From positions 703,619-767,618 of the forward strand of contig CAVOYV010000001.1 in assembly GCA_963700855.1 (NCBI GenBank): a stretch of 64,000 bases of DNA, read 5' to 3'. The notes beneath the pieces were generated by a model. It saw only the letters and a program-made list of their open reading frames with translations. It ran no database searches and had not been told where the DNA came from. The position numbers and the translations under genes are program-made. Within the stretch, counting starts at the first letter, position 1; each line of letters starts with the position of its first letter. This DNA comes from an uncultured Actinomycetes bacterium. Its GTDB lineage: Bacteria; Actinomycetota; UBA4738; HRBIN12. Of the stretch, positions 28,612 through 38,472 are shown one piece after another.

Positions 28612-31600
28612 TCACGCTCGGCGCACCGACACGGTGACCGGGTCTCCCTCGACGTCGCCCGACCCCACGAAGGCGTCGGGCTCGGTACCGTCTGCGATCT
28701 CGACCGCGAGGGTCTCGCCGGCCACGTAGCCTCGGTGCTCCGAGAGCGCCTGCGCGGTCTCGCCGGGTGCCTCGATCCCCAGGACGATCCGGTCGCCGAC
28801 GTCGAGCCCGGCGGCCTTGCGTGTGTCCTGAACCAAGCGCACGAGCTCGCGCGCCCGTCCCTCGAGACGGAGCTCCGGCGTCAGGTCGAGCTCGAGGGCG
28901 ACCGTCACGCCAGCGTCCGACGCCACGCCCCATCCCTCCAGCACCTCCTGCGAGAGCTCGACGTCGTCGGGTCCGAGGTTGACCGCCGGCCCGTCGTCGA
29001 CCGCGATCTCGACCTCGCCGCCGCGCGCGAGCGTCCCCGCGATCGACCCCTCGTCGGCGTCGAGCGCGGCCGCGACCGCCTTGACCCGGGGTCCCAAGCG
29101 AGGTCCGAGGACGTTGAAGCGCACCTTCGCCCGCCAGCGTCCGAAGGCGTCGGCCGAATCGGCGAACCGAACGGCCTTCACGTTCAGCTCGTCGGCGACG
29201 ACGTCGAGCAGATGATCGAGCTCGCCCCGGCGACCCGCGGTGTGGATCACGGCCTCGAGCAAGGGCTGACGCGTCTTCGTCCGGGTCTCCACGCGCACGC
29301 GGCGACCGAGCTCCACGAGCTGACGCGCCGCGGCCATCGCTTCGTCGAGACCCGGGTCGATCGACGCCTCGTGGACGGTCGGGAAGTCCGAGAGGTGGAC
29401 CGAATCCGGGCGTCCACCGCGACCCGCGGCCAGGTTCCGCCAGAGCTCTTCGGCCACGAACGGGGTGAACGGGGCCAGTAGCTGTGCCACCGTGACGAGG
29501 CACTCGTGCAGGGTCGCGAACGCCGTCCACGTGTCCTGACCGCCCCCGCCCGAGGGGTCCCAGAACCTGCGCCGCGACCGACGCACGTACCAGTTCGAGA
29601 GGTCGTCGATGAACGTCTGGATCCGCCGTCCGGCCGTGGTCGCGTCGTAGTCGTCGAGGCGATCGCGTACCTCGCGCACCGTGCCCGCCAGTTGCGACGA
29701 GATCCACCGGTCCATCAGGGGCCGCTCGGTGACCGGCGGGGTCTGGCCCGCGGGCTCGAACCCCGCGGCGTTCGCGTAGGTCACGAAGAACGCGTAGACG
29801 TTCCACAGCGTCAGCAGCAGCCGGCGGACGGCCTCGTCGAGCACCTCGTGCCCCACCCGGCGCGACTCCCATGGGGACCCGCTCACGAGCATGAACCAAC
29901 GGAGCGCGTCGGCCCCCTGACGGTCGAGCGCCTCCCAAGGATCGAACTGGTTCCCCAGGCTCTTCGACATCTTGCGACCGTCGGCGGCGATCAGATGCCC
30001 GAGGCACACGACGTTGCGGTAGGCGGTGGAGTCGAAGTGCAGGACCCCCTCGGCCATCAGCGTGTAGAACCAGCCTCGGGTCTGGTCGATGGCCTCGGAG
30101 ATGAAGTCGGCGGGGAACGACGACTCGAACTCGGCGACGCCCCGCCCGAGGTCGGGATGGTACCCCCACTGCGCGAACGGCATCGCGCCGGAGTCGTACC
30201 AGGCGTCGATCACCTCCGGAACACGTGCGGCGGGTGCGCCGCACTCGGGGCACGAGATCGTCACCTCGTCGATCGCAGGACGGTGCGGGTCGACCTGGGA
30301 CACGTCGCGACCCGCGAGTTCGCCGAGCTCGTGCAGCGATCCGACGGCGGTCGCGTGCCCGGCGTCGCAGCGCCAGATCGGCAGCGGCGTGCCCCAGTAG
30401 CGCTCGCGTGACAACGCCCAGTCCACGTTGTTCTCGAGCCAGTTGCCGTAGCGACCTCGCTTGATGTGCTCGGGGTACCAGTGAACGGCGTCGTTGACCT
30501 CGAGGAGCCGCTGCTTCACCGCGGTCGTGCGCACGTACCAGGAGGTGCGCGCGTAGTACAGGAGCGGGGTCGCGCACCGCCAGCAGAAGGGGTAGGCGTG
30601 CTCGTAGGTCTCGGCCTGGATCAGGACCCCGCGGTCGCGGAGATCGTCGACGATGACGGGGTCCGCGTCCTTGACGAACATCCCGCGCACGAACGCAGGG
30701 GCATCGTCGGTGAACGTGCCGTCGTCGGCGACGGGCCGCCAGACGGGCCAGCCCTGTGCGCGTCCCACGGCGAGGTCGTCGGGCCCGAACGCGGGGGCGA
30801 GGTGCACGATCCCGGTCCCGTCGTCCGTCGACACGAACGGCGCGGCGACCACGGTGTGCGCGCCCTCGACGTTGTCGTAGGGCGGGCGGTAGCGGACGCC
30901 GACGAGCGTGGTTCCCCGCACCGCACGAACGACGGTCGCCTCCTCTCCGAGGACGCGGGCGCGCAGGGGCTCGGCGACCAGGAGGCGCTCGCCGGCCCGC
31001 TCGACCTCCACGTAGGTGGCGTCCGGGTCCACCGCCGCGCCGGTGTTCGACGGCAGGGTCCACGGGGTGGTCGTCCACACGGCCAGCGAGGCTCCGATCA
31101 GCGACGGATCCGCCGCCTCGATGATCGGGAACCGCACGAACAGGCTGGGATCGTCGACCGTACGGTAGCCCTGCGCGACCTCCGCGTCCGACAACGCGGT
31201 CCCGCAGCGCGGGCAGTACGCGGTCACCTTGTGGTCCTCCACCAGGAGCCCCCGGCGGTGGAGCTGTTGGAGCGACCACCACACCGACTCCACGTACTCG
31301 GTGTTCATCGTCCAGTAGGCATCGTCGACGTCGATCCAGAACCCGATCCGCTCGGTGAGCCGCTCGAACTCGCCGACGTAGCGCTGGACCGACGCCCGGC
31401 AGAGTCGGTTGAACGCCGCGATCCCGAACGCCTCGATGTCACGCTTCCCTGTGGTCCCGATCTCCTTCTCGACCTCGAGCTCGACGGGCAGCCCGTGGCA
31501 GTCCCATCCGCCCTTGCGGTGGACCAGGTGTCCGGTCATCGTCTTGAACCGCGGGTAGACGTCCTTGAAGGTCCGTGGCTCGACGTGGTGGATCCCCGGC

Positions 31601-31761
31601 TTGCCGTTCGCGGTGGGAGGACCCTCGTAGAAGATCCACTCAGGAGCGTCCGCTCGGAGCTCCAGCGATCGGTGGAAGACGTCTGCCTCCTTCCACCACT
31701 CGACGATGCGAGCCTCGAGGGCAGGGAAGCTCACCTTCGGATCCACGGGCTCGAACGCCAT
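28612..31761 (-). CDS. ileS: Isoleucine--tRNA ligase
   Basis: PTANGKPGIHH (HIGH-type) and KMSKS. About 1049 aa. ATG 31761 lies 9 nt after GGAGGA; the listed ORF start GTG 31770 has no spacer. Confidence 0.95.
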   Translation of the reverse strand: MAFEPVDPKVSFPALEARIVEWWKEADVFHRSLELRADAPEWIFYEGPPTANGKPGIHHVEPRTFKDVYPRFKTMTGHLVHRKGGWDCHGLPVELEVEKEIGTTGKRDIEAFGIAAFNRLCRASVQRYVGEFERLTERIGFWIDVDDAYWTMNTEYVESVWWSLQQLHRRGLLVEDHKVTAYCPRCGTALSDAEVAQGYRTVDDPSLFVRFPIIEAADPSLIGASLAVWTTTPWTLPSNTGAAVDPDATYVEVERAGERLLVAEPLRARVLGEEATVVRAVRGTTLVGVRYRPPYDNVEGAHTVVAAPFVSTDDGTGIVHLAPAFGPDDLAVGRAQGWPVWRPVADDGTFTDDAPAFVRGMFVKDADPVIVDDLRDRGVLIQAETYEHAYPFCWRCATPLLYYARTSWYVRTTAVKQRLLEVNDAVHWYPEHIKRGRYGNWLENNVDWALSRERYWGTPLPIWRCDAGHATAVGSLHELGELAGRDVSQVDPHRPAIDEVTISCPECGAPAARVPEVIDAWYDSGAMPFAQWGYHPDLGRGVAEFESSFPADFISEAIDQTRGWFYTLMAEGVLHFDSTAYRNVVCLGHLIAADGRKMSKSLGNQFDPWEALDRQGADALRWFMLVSGSPWESRRVGHEVLDEAVRRLLLTLWNVYAFFVTYANAAGFEPAGQTPPVTERPLMDRWISSQLAGTVREVRDRLDDYDATTAGRRIQTFIDDLSNWYVRRSRRRFWDPSGGGGQDTWTAFATLHECLVTVAQLLAPFTPFVAEELWRNLAAGRGGRPDSVHLSDFPTVHEASIDPGLDEAMAAARQLVELGRRVRVETRTKTRQPLLEAVIHTAGRRGELDHLLDVVADELNVKAVRFADSADAFGRWRAKVRFNVLGPRLGPRVKAVAAALDADEGSIAGTLARGGEVEIAVDDGPAVNLGPDDVELSQEVLEGWGVASDAGVTVALELDLTPELRLEGRARELVRLVQDTRKAAGLDVGDRIVLGIEAPGETAQALSEHRGYVAGETLAVEIADGTEPDAFVGSGDVEGDPVTVSVRRA

Positions 31762-32070
31762 CTCGCTCACTCCTCCGGTCCCTGTCGCCTCGTCCTCACC
31801 TGCGAGGACGAGGCGCCCGGAGGGCGTCCCGCGGTACCACCTCGCGTTGCCGGCGTCCTCGCGGACGCCGGCCGCTCATGGCTGCCGTCACAGCCTCCCG
31901 CGTTCACGGGCGGGATCCGCCTGCGTCTACTTCGGTGCGCGGATGGCGTCCGCGCCCGGTTCGGGCAGGGGCTCGGGGACGATGTCCGCCGGGGCTCGGC
32001 GCCGGCTCCCACCGTCCCGGCTCGCTCGTGCCTGGCTGATCCCGTGCGGCGCGGTTCCCGTCGTCGCCGT
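31762..32070 (-). promoter_or_regulatory. T-box leader of ileS (probable translational type)
   Basis: On the minus strand, GGUGGUACCGCG sits at 31841..31830. Downstream, an 11-bp helix (GCCUCGUCCUC/GAGGACGAGGC) extends so that CCUCCGG (31823..31817) pairs with CCGGAGG, which contains the SD (31778..31772). The 5' limit is uncertain. Confidence 0.7.
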
Positions 32071-32093
32071 TCGCAGCATGCTACACCGGGTCC

Positions 32094-32321
32094 ATGGCCA
32101 CGGTCACGGTTCGCGTCGTACCCCGGTCGGGGCACCGTGACGTCCGGCAAGGCCCGGATGGGGCCCTCACGATCCGCGTCCGGTCGGCGCCGGAACACGG
32201 GCGAGCCACCGAGGAGGCTGCGCGCCTGCTGGCCGCGCACCTCGGGGTCGCCCCGACCTCCATCCGGCTACGGACCGGGGCCCGTTCCCGGGTGAAGGTG
32301 TTCGAGGTTCCGGATGCCTGA
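32094..32321 (+). CDS. DUF167 (YggU-like) protein
   Basis: 75 aa: VRVVPRSG ... EHGRATEEAARLLAAHLGV ... RSRVKVFEV. Confidence 0.7.
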   Translation: MATVTVRVVPRSGHRDVRQGPDGALTIRVRSAPEHGRATEEAARLLAAHLGVAPTSIRLRTGARSRVKVFEVPDA

Positions 32322-32326
32322 ACCCC

Positions 32327-32354
32327 GCAGACGGGCGCGGATGCGCCCGTCTGC
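32327..32354 (+). terminator. Perfect 12-bp stem-loop after the DUF167 gene
   Basis: gcagacgggcgc-ggat-gcgcccgtctgc starts 6 nt after the stop. There is no clear U tract. Confidence 0.5.
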
Positions 32355-32369
32355 TACCCTCCCCGGACC

Positions 32370-32753
32370 ATGGCGCAGGCCAAGCTCACGAAGAAGGAAG
32401 TCGACGACCTGCGGGCCCGTCTGCTCGAGGAACGTGGTGAACTGCAGGACCAGCTCACCACGATCGAGGACACCTCCTTCTCCACCACCCAGTCGGACCT
32501 GTCGGGCGATGTGGGCCTCGACGACGAGTCCGCGGACGCCGGGACGGCGACCTTCGAACGTGAGAAGGACCTGTCGATCGAGCAGAACGTACGGGACCTG
32601 CTCCAGAAGATCGATCGGGCCCTCACGCGGATCGATGCCGGGACCTACGGCGTCTGCGACCGGTGCGGCAAGCCGATCGAGAAGGCTCGTGTGAAGGCGC
32701 TCCCGTACGTCGATCTGTGCATCAAGGACGCCCGGGCGCAGTCGCGCCGGTAG
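32370..32753 (+). CDS. TraR/DksA-family zinc-finger protein
   Basis: A coiled-coil N-half and C-terminal GVCDRCGKPIEKARVKALPYVDLCIKD. Confidence 0.8.
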   Translation: MAQAKLTKKEVDDLRARLLEERGELQDQLTTIEDTSFSTTQSDLSGDVGLDDESADAGTATFEREKDLSIEQNVRDLLQKIDRALTRIDAGTYGVCDRCGKPIEKARVKALPYVDLCIKDARAQSRR

Positions 32754-32757
32754 TCGG

Positions 32758-33267
32758 GTGGACCCCCGGGGGCGACGCGGGGCAACCCTCCTGTTCACGA
32801 CGGCGGGGCTCGTGTACCTGGCCGACCGTGTGACCAAGCTCTGGGCGGAGGCGCGGCTCGTCGAGGGGCCGATCGAGGTCATCCCCCGCCTACTCACCCT
32901 GCGGTTCGCCACGAATCCGGGAGGCGCCTTCAGCATCCTGTCGTCGGCCCCCTGGTTCTTCGCGGCCGCGACGCTCACCGTCAGCCTGCTGATCGTGGTG
33001 ACCGCGTTCCATCGTCGCAGCGCCCTGCAGTCGGTCGCGCTCGGCCTGATCCTCGGTGGTGCGCTCGGGAACCTGACGGACCGGGCGGTGCGCGGACCAG
33101 GGCTGTCCGGCGAGGTCGTCGACTTCCTCGACGTCCACATCTGGCCCGTCTTCAACCTCGCGGACAGCGGCATCGTGATCGGCGCGATCCTGCTCGCGTG
33201 GTCCTCGTTCCGCGATGCGCGCGAGCACGAGCCCACCGCGGCTGGAGACGGCGATGTCGCACGCTGA
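32758..33267 (+). CDS. lspA: Lipoprotein signal peptidase II
   Basis: NPGGAFS, GGALGNLTDR and VFNLADS. Confidence 0.9.
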   Translation: MDPRGRRGATLLFTTAGLVYLADRVTKLWAEARLVEGPIEVIPRLLTLRFATNPGGAFSILSSAPWFFAAATLTVSLLIVVTAFHRRSALQSVALGLILGGALGNLTDRAVRGPGLSGEVVDFLDVHIWPVFNLADSGIVIGAILLAWSSFRDAREHEPTAAGDGDVAR

Positions 33268-34159
33268 AGACCTGATCGCCGAGCCCGGCCGCCTGGACGC
33301 GGTCGCCGCCAGGCTGCTCGGGGTCCCACGAGCCGACGTTCAGCGCGCGATCGCCGCCGGGCAGGTCCTGGTCGACGGGAGCCTCCGGGCGAAGTCGTTC
33401 ACGCTGACCGGCGGCGAGCGATTGCGCGTCGAGCTCCTCGCGACGCAGGTCCCGGGGCCCGAGGAGGGGGGCGTTCCCGTCCGATACGAGGACGACCACC
33501 TGCTCGTCGTCGCGAAGCCGGCCGGCCTGATCTCCCATCCGACCGCCCGTCGGACGACCGGCACGCTGGTCAACCGGCTGCTCGGGATGGGCGTACGCCT
33601 CGCCCCTGCGGGCGGGGAGCTCCGACCGGGGATCGTCCATCGCCTCGACGCCGGCACGAGCGGTCTGATGATCGTCGCGAAGACCGACGAGGCGTTCCTT
33701 GCGCTGCAGGGGATGATGCGCCGCCACGAGGTCGAGCGGCGGTACCAGGCGCTCGTGAGGGGGGTGGTCGCCCACGAGACGTTCGGGGTGGAGGCCCCGC
33801 TCGGACGCCGGGCCGACAAGGTGGTCGTCGACCACGTGGAAGGCCGTTCCGCCGCCACCGGGTTCGAGGTCCTCGAGCGCTTCCCGAGCGCGACGCTGCT
33901 CGAAGCCGTTCCCACGACGGGCCGGACCCATCAGATCCGGGTGCACCTGACGGCGGTGGGCCACCCGATCCTCGGGGATGCCGCGTACGGGGGAGGCGGC
34001 GACGATGCACGAGCGCTCGGCCTCGGACGGCCGTTCCTCCACGCGTGGAGGATCGCGTTCACGCATCCGATCGGGGGCGGCTCGATCGAACGGGAGGAGC
34101 CGTTGCCCGACGATCTCGTCGAGGCGCTCGCCCGCGCCCGCCGCGACCTGCGACCTTGA
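33254..34159 (+). CDS. rluD: RluA-family 23S rRNA pseudouridine synthase
   Basis: An S4-like N-terminus, HRLDAGTSGLM and TGRTHQIRVHL. 14-nt overlap with lspA. Confidence 0.9.
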   Translation: MSHAEDLIAEPGRLDAVAARLLGVPRADVQRAIAAGQVLVDGSLRAKSFTLTGGERLRVELLATQVPGPEEGGVPVRYEDDHLLVVAKPAGLISHPTARRTTGTLVNRLLGMGVRLAPAGGELRPGIVHRLDAGTSGLMIVAKTDEAFLALQGMMRRHEVERRYQALVRGVVAHETFGVEAPLGRRADKVVVDHVEGRSAATGFEVLERFPSATLLEAVPTTGRTHQIRVHLTAVGHPILGDAAYGGGGDDARALGLGRPFLHAWRIAFTHPIGGGSIEREEPLPDDLVEALARARRDLRP

Positions 34160-34276
34160 CGCTCCTCGGACCCGGGCGTACCGTGGGCGAGCCCTGAATC
34201 ACAGCCATGTAAGTTCTCCACAGCCAGCCGGGAAGGGTGTGGACAACCACCCTCGGAAGGGTCACGAGCAGCACAG

Positions 34277-37200
34277 ATGTCCGAGAAGAGCTTCGTTCAC
34301 CTCCACGTCCACTCCGAGTACTCGTTGCTGGACGGCGCCGCCCGGATCGAGGCGCCGAAGTCGAACCCCGCCGCGCCGACGATCTTCACCGAGGCGGCGC
34401 GGATGGGGATGCCGGCGATCGCCGTCACCGATCGACGGCGCGATGTATGGCGCGCTGCGCTTCTACGAGACCGCCCGGGCAGCCGGGGTGGCGCCGATCC
34501 TCGGGGTCGAGGCCTACGTCGCCCCCGGTTCGCGGTTCGACAGGAACCCGGGTGAGAGCGACGAGAAGTACTACCACCTGACGCTGTTGGCCGAGAACGA
34601 GACCGGGTACCGGAACCTCCTGAAGCTGGTCTCCCTGGCCCACCTCGAGGGGTTCTACCACCGCCCTCGCATGGACAAGCAGCTCTTGGCGGAGCACGCG
34701 GAGGGTCTGATCTGCATGTCCGGGTGCTTGTCCTCGGAGCTCGGGGTCCAGCTCCTCGCGGGCCAGCGCGAGAAGGCGGTGGCCACGGCCGCGGCCTACC
34801 GCGACATCTTCGGCGCCGAGCGGTACTTCGTCGAGGTGCAGGACCACGGCCTGGGCGACCAGCGCCGCATCCTCGCCGACCAGGCCGCGATCGCGCGCGA
34901 GATCAGCGTCCCGGTGGTGGCGACGAACGACCTCCATTACACGCTCAAGGACGACGCGAAGCCGCACGACGTGCTGCTGTGCATCCAGCAGCAGAAGCTC
35001 CAGTCGGATCCGAAACGGCTGAGGTTCGACTCCGAGGAGTTCTTCCTCAAGAGCGCCACCGAGATGCGCCACGTGTTCCGCGAGATGCCCGATGCATGCG
35101 ACCAGACGCTCCTGATCGCCGAGCGGGTCCAGCCCATCGCCGAGCTCGAGCGGGTCCTCGTAGAGCACAAGACCGAGTACCACCTGCCACGGTTCGAGAC
35201 CCCGAACGGGAGCCCTTCGACGTCTACCTGCGCGAGTTGGTGCAGCGTGGGGCGGTCGAGCGCTACGGGGACCCGGTGCCGGCAGAGGTGCGCGACCGGA
35301 TCGAGCACGAGCTCGGCGTGATCACCCAGATGGGCTTCTCCGGGTACTTCCTGATCGTGTGGGACCTGATCCGGTTCGCGCGGGAGCAGGGGATCCGTGT
35401 GGGTCCCGGCCGCGGGTCGGCGGCGGGCTCCGTGGTGTCCTACGCGCTGAGGATCACCGACCTCGACCCCCTGCGCTACGGGCTGCTCTTCGAGCGGTTC
35501 CTGAACCCCGACCGTATCCAGATGCCCGACATCGACATGGACTTCGACGAGCGTCGGCGCGACGAGGTGATCCGCTACGCGACCGAGAAGTACGGCTCGG
35601 ACCACGTCGCGCAGATCGTCACGTTCCAGACGATCAAGGGCAAGCAGGGGATCCGCGATGCGGCCCGGGTGTTGGGCTTCCCTGCGGTCGTGGGCGATCG
35701 CCTCTGCAAGATGTACCCGCCCAACGTGATGGGCCGCGACGAGCCGATCGATCGCGCGCTCGAGATCTCGCCGGAGCTCAAGGAGGCCTACGAGAAGGAG
35801 CCCGAGGCGAAGGAGATCATCGAGACCGCGCGCGCGCTCGAGGGGTTGCGCCGCGAGGACTCGGTGCATGCCGCCGGGGTGGTGATCGGCGACGCGCCGC
35901 TCGTGAACTACCTGCCGCTCAAGCTGACCAAGGACTCGCGTGACGATGCGAAGAAGATCGTGACGCAGTTCGACATGGGCGGGGTGGAGCAACTCGGCCT
36001 GCTCAAGATGGACTTCCTGGGTCTGCGCAACCTCTCGGTGATCGAGGAGACGCTCCGGCACCTGCGCAACCGCGACGTCCATCTCGACATCGACGCCGTG
36101 CCGCTCGACGACGAGCAGGTCTACGCGATGCTCCGCAAGGGCGAGACCACGGGTGTGTTCCAGATGGAGTCCCCGGGCATGCGGAACCTGATCAAGCTGC
36201 TGGAGCCCGACCGGTTCGAGGACCTGATGGCGTTGGTTGCGCTGTACCGCCCGGGACCGCTGAACAACGGGCTGCATACCGAGTACGCCGAACGCAAGCA
36301 CGGTCGCCGCAAGGTGGTGTACCCGCACGTCGACCTCGAGCCGGTGCTGTCGAACAGCTATGGCGTGATGGTCTACCAGGAGCAGGTCATGCAGACCGCG
36401 GTGGTGATGGCCGGGTTCTCGATGGGCGAGGCCGACACGCTCCGCAAGGCGATGGGCAAGAAGAAGCTCGACGTCCTGATGCCGTTCAAGGAGCGGTTCA
36501 TCGAGGGCGCCCAGGCGAAGGGTCACGAGCGCAGATTGGCCGCCGATCTGTTCGACATGATCGTGCCGTTCGCCGACTACGGCTTCAACGCGTCCCACGC
36601 GTGCGCCTACGGGCTCGTGTCGTACCAGACCGCGTACCTGATGGCGCACCACCCGGTCGAGTACATGGCGGCGATCCTCACGTCGGTGAAGGACGACAAG
36701 GACCGCAAGCCGTACTACCTGTACGCCTGCCGGGGTATGGGGATCGACGTCTTGCCGCCCGACGTCAACGAGTCCGACGTCGACTTCGCGCCGGCGCCCG
36801 GTGAGCGGCGGGCGATCCGTTTCGGATTGTCCGCGGTGCGCAACGTGGGAGAGGGCGTCGTACGCGCGATCGTCGAGGCGCGGGGGAAGGCCGGACCGTT
36901 CACGTCGTTCGGCGACTTCTGCCGACGGGTGGAGCCGAGCGCCCTCACGAAACGGGTCCTCGAAGCGCTGATCTTCGCCGGTGCCTTCGAGTCGCTCGGA
37001 TACACGCGCGGCGGGATGATCCAGCAGGTGGGGGAGCAGGCCGCGTGGGAGCGGGTGAGCGCGCCGATCCTGGCCGAACGGAAGGCCGAGGCCGCCGGGC
37101 AATTCTCGCTGTTCGGCGGCGCCGACGGCAGCGCACAGGAGGTCGACGAGTCGGTCCTGGAAGGGCCCGAGCTCGACAAGCGCCTGCTGCTGTCGAAGGA

Positions 37201-37843
37201 GAAGGAGATGCTCGGGCAGTTCGTCACCGACCATCCGCTGCTCGGGGTGGAGCCGGTCCTTCGAGCCCAGACCACCCACGAGATCCGGGCGCTCGAGGAC
37301 CTCGGCGACGGGGACCTGGTGACGGTCGGCGGGATCATCGGGTCGCTCGCGCGCAAGTACACGAAGCGGGGCGAGCCCTACGCGCAGTTCCGGTTGGAGG
37401 GGCTGGCGGGCGGGGTCGAGGTGGTCGCGTTCCCGAGCGTCTACGAGGCCGTGCCGGACCTGTTCGAGCCGGACCGCGTGATCCTCGTGACCGGCCGGAT
37501 CGATCTCCGCGGCCGTGAGCTGCAGATCCGAGCGAACGACGTGAAGGACCCCGACCTCGGGCCCGACGTGCCGCGGGTGATGGAGGAGTCCCTCGTGGTG
37601 GACCTGCCGGCGACCGCGTGCACCCCCGCCGTCCTCGCGAAGCTCAAGGAACTCCTCGAGGCGCACCCCGGCGACGCGACGGTGCGCCTGCGGTTCCTCT
37701 CGTCGCAGGGGGCGATGCCGCTCGCGCTGGGGACGTTCACGGTGAACCCCGCGGGCTCGTTGCTGGGGGAGCTCCGGTCGTTGCTCGGCGCCCACGCGGC
37801 TCGGCTCGAGCGGGGTGCCGTCGAAGCGGTCAGTTCGGGTTGA
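34277..37843 (+). pseudogene. dnaE: DNA polymerase III alpha subunit DnaE1, with the reading frame interrupted twice in this sequence
   Basis: 34277-34432 encodes the PHP N-terminus ([15 protein letters not shown]...AIAVTD). From ~34434 to 35210 the conserved sequence is in the +1 frame ([27 protein letters not shown]...HLPRFETPNG). From 35210 it returns to the first frame (EPFDVYLRELV ... GLLKMDFLGLRNL ... OB fold) and runs to the stop at 37843. Confidence 0.9.
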
Positions 37844-38450
37844 CCCCGAGGTCGGCGCCGGCCACCCCACTGCCGAGGGTCGAGACGAGGCGCGCCTCGG
37901 TCACGAGACGCGCCCGCGCCACCGCGAGTCGCTCGCCGGCGCCGGGCAGCTCCAGGAGCTGCTGGCGGTCGGACACGAGACCCGGGACGGCCGCCGCGAT
38001 CGCCCACGACGCGGTCACGGGATCGTTCGGGATCACCGGCCGCCCCTCCTCACCGATCGCGGCGAGGTAGCGCCGCAGGGCCTCCGCCGCGCCCTCGACG
38101 TCGTCGGTGCCGGCGCCGCCTTCGTCAGGGTACGGCGCGACCCGCCAGCGGGGGAACGGGTCGCCGGATCCGACCGGCTCGATCAACGCGACCCGGTCTG
38201 CCGCGTGCACCTCGAGCCGGACCGCGCCGTCGACGTCGGCCTCGTGGTCGGTGATCCCCACCGTCACCCCAACCCGGTACGGCTCCGCGGGACCCGCGAC
38301 CTCGTGTCCCCGGCGGATCGCGACCACCACGAATGACCCGTCGGGAAGCACCTCGTCCAGCAGCGACAGGTACCGTTCCTCGAACACGCGCAGCGAGAGC
38401 GGGAGGCCGGGGAACAGCACGGTGTGCAGGGCGAACACCGGGCGATCCAT
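37830..38450 (-). CDS. Lon N-terminal (substrate-binding) domain protein
   Basis: MDRPVFALHTVLFPGLPLSLRVFEERYLSLLDEV. 206 aa. Its 3' end overlaps the dnaE 3' end by 14 nt (convergent). Confidence 0.7.
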   Translation of the reverse strand: MDRPVFALHTVLFPGLPLSLRVFEERYLSLLDEVLPDGSFVVVAIRRGHEVAGPAEPYRVGVTVGITDHEADVDGAVRLEVHAADRVALIEPVGSGDPFPRWRVAPYPDEGGAGTDDVEGAAEALRRYLAAIGEEGRPVIPNDPVTASWAIAAAVPGLVSDRQQLLELPGAGERLAVARARLVTEARLVSTLGSGVAGADLGVNPN

Positions 38451-38472
38451 CGACCGAGGGTATCGTTCGGCG

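Noticed and set aside
28606-28614. The lack of any terminator between convergent divIVA and ileS (3-nt gap), and the 14-nt 3' overlap of dnaE with the Lon-N gene (37830-37843).
   Set aside because: Tight or overlapping convergent gene ends are common in compact GC-rich genomes. Nothing else is unusual at these junctions.
28484-31282. A 932-aa ORF in a second minus-strand frame inside ileS, plus similar long shadow ORFs (11778..14051, 34937..37870, 38125..40467, 44119..46449, 24870..26600).
   Set aside because: These are alternate-frame or antisense shadows of clearly identified genes. Their composition is Arg/Pro/Gly-rich, they have no motifs, and their third-position bias is not coding-type.
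34425-35215. Programmed ribosomal frameshifting as an explanation for the dnaE1 (and polA, trpB) frame changes.
   Set aside because: I saw no slippery heptamer, no stimulatory pseudoknot or hairpin, and no precedent for these genes. The sites sit in GC-repeat or short-run contexts typical of sequencing indels.
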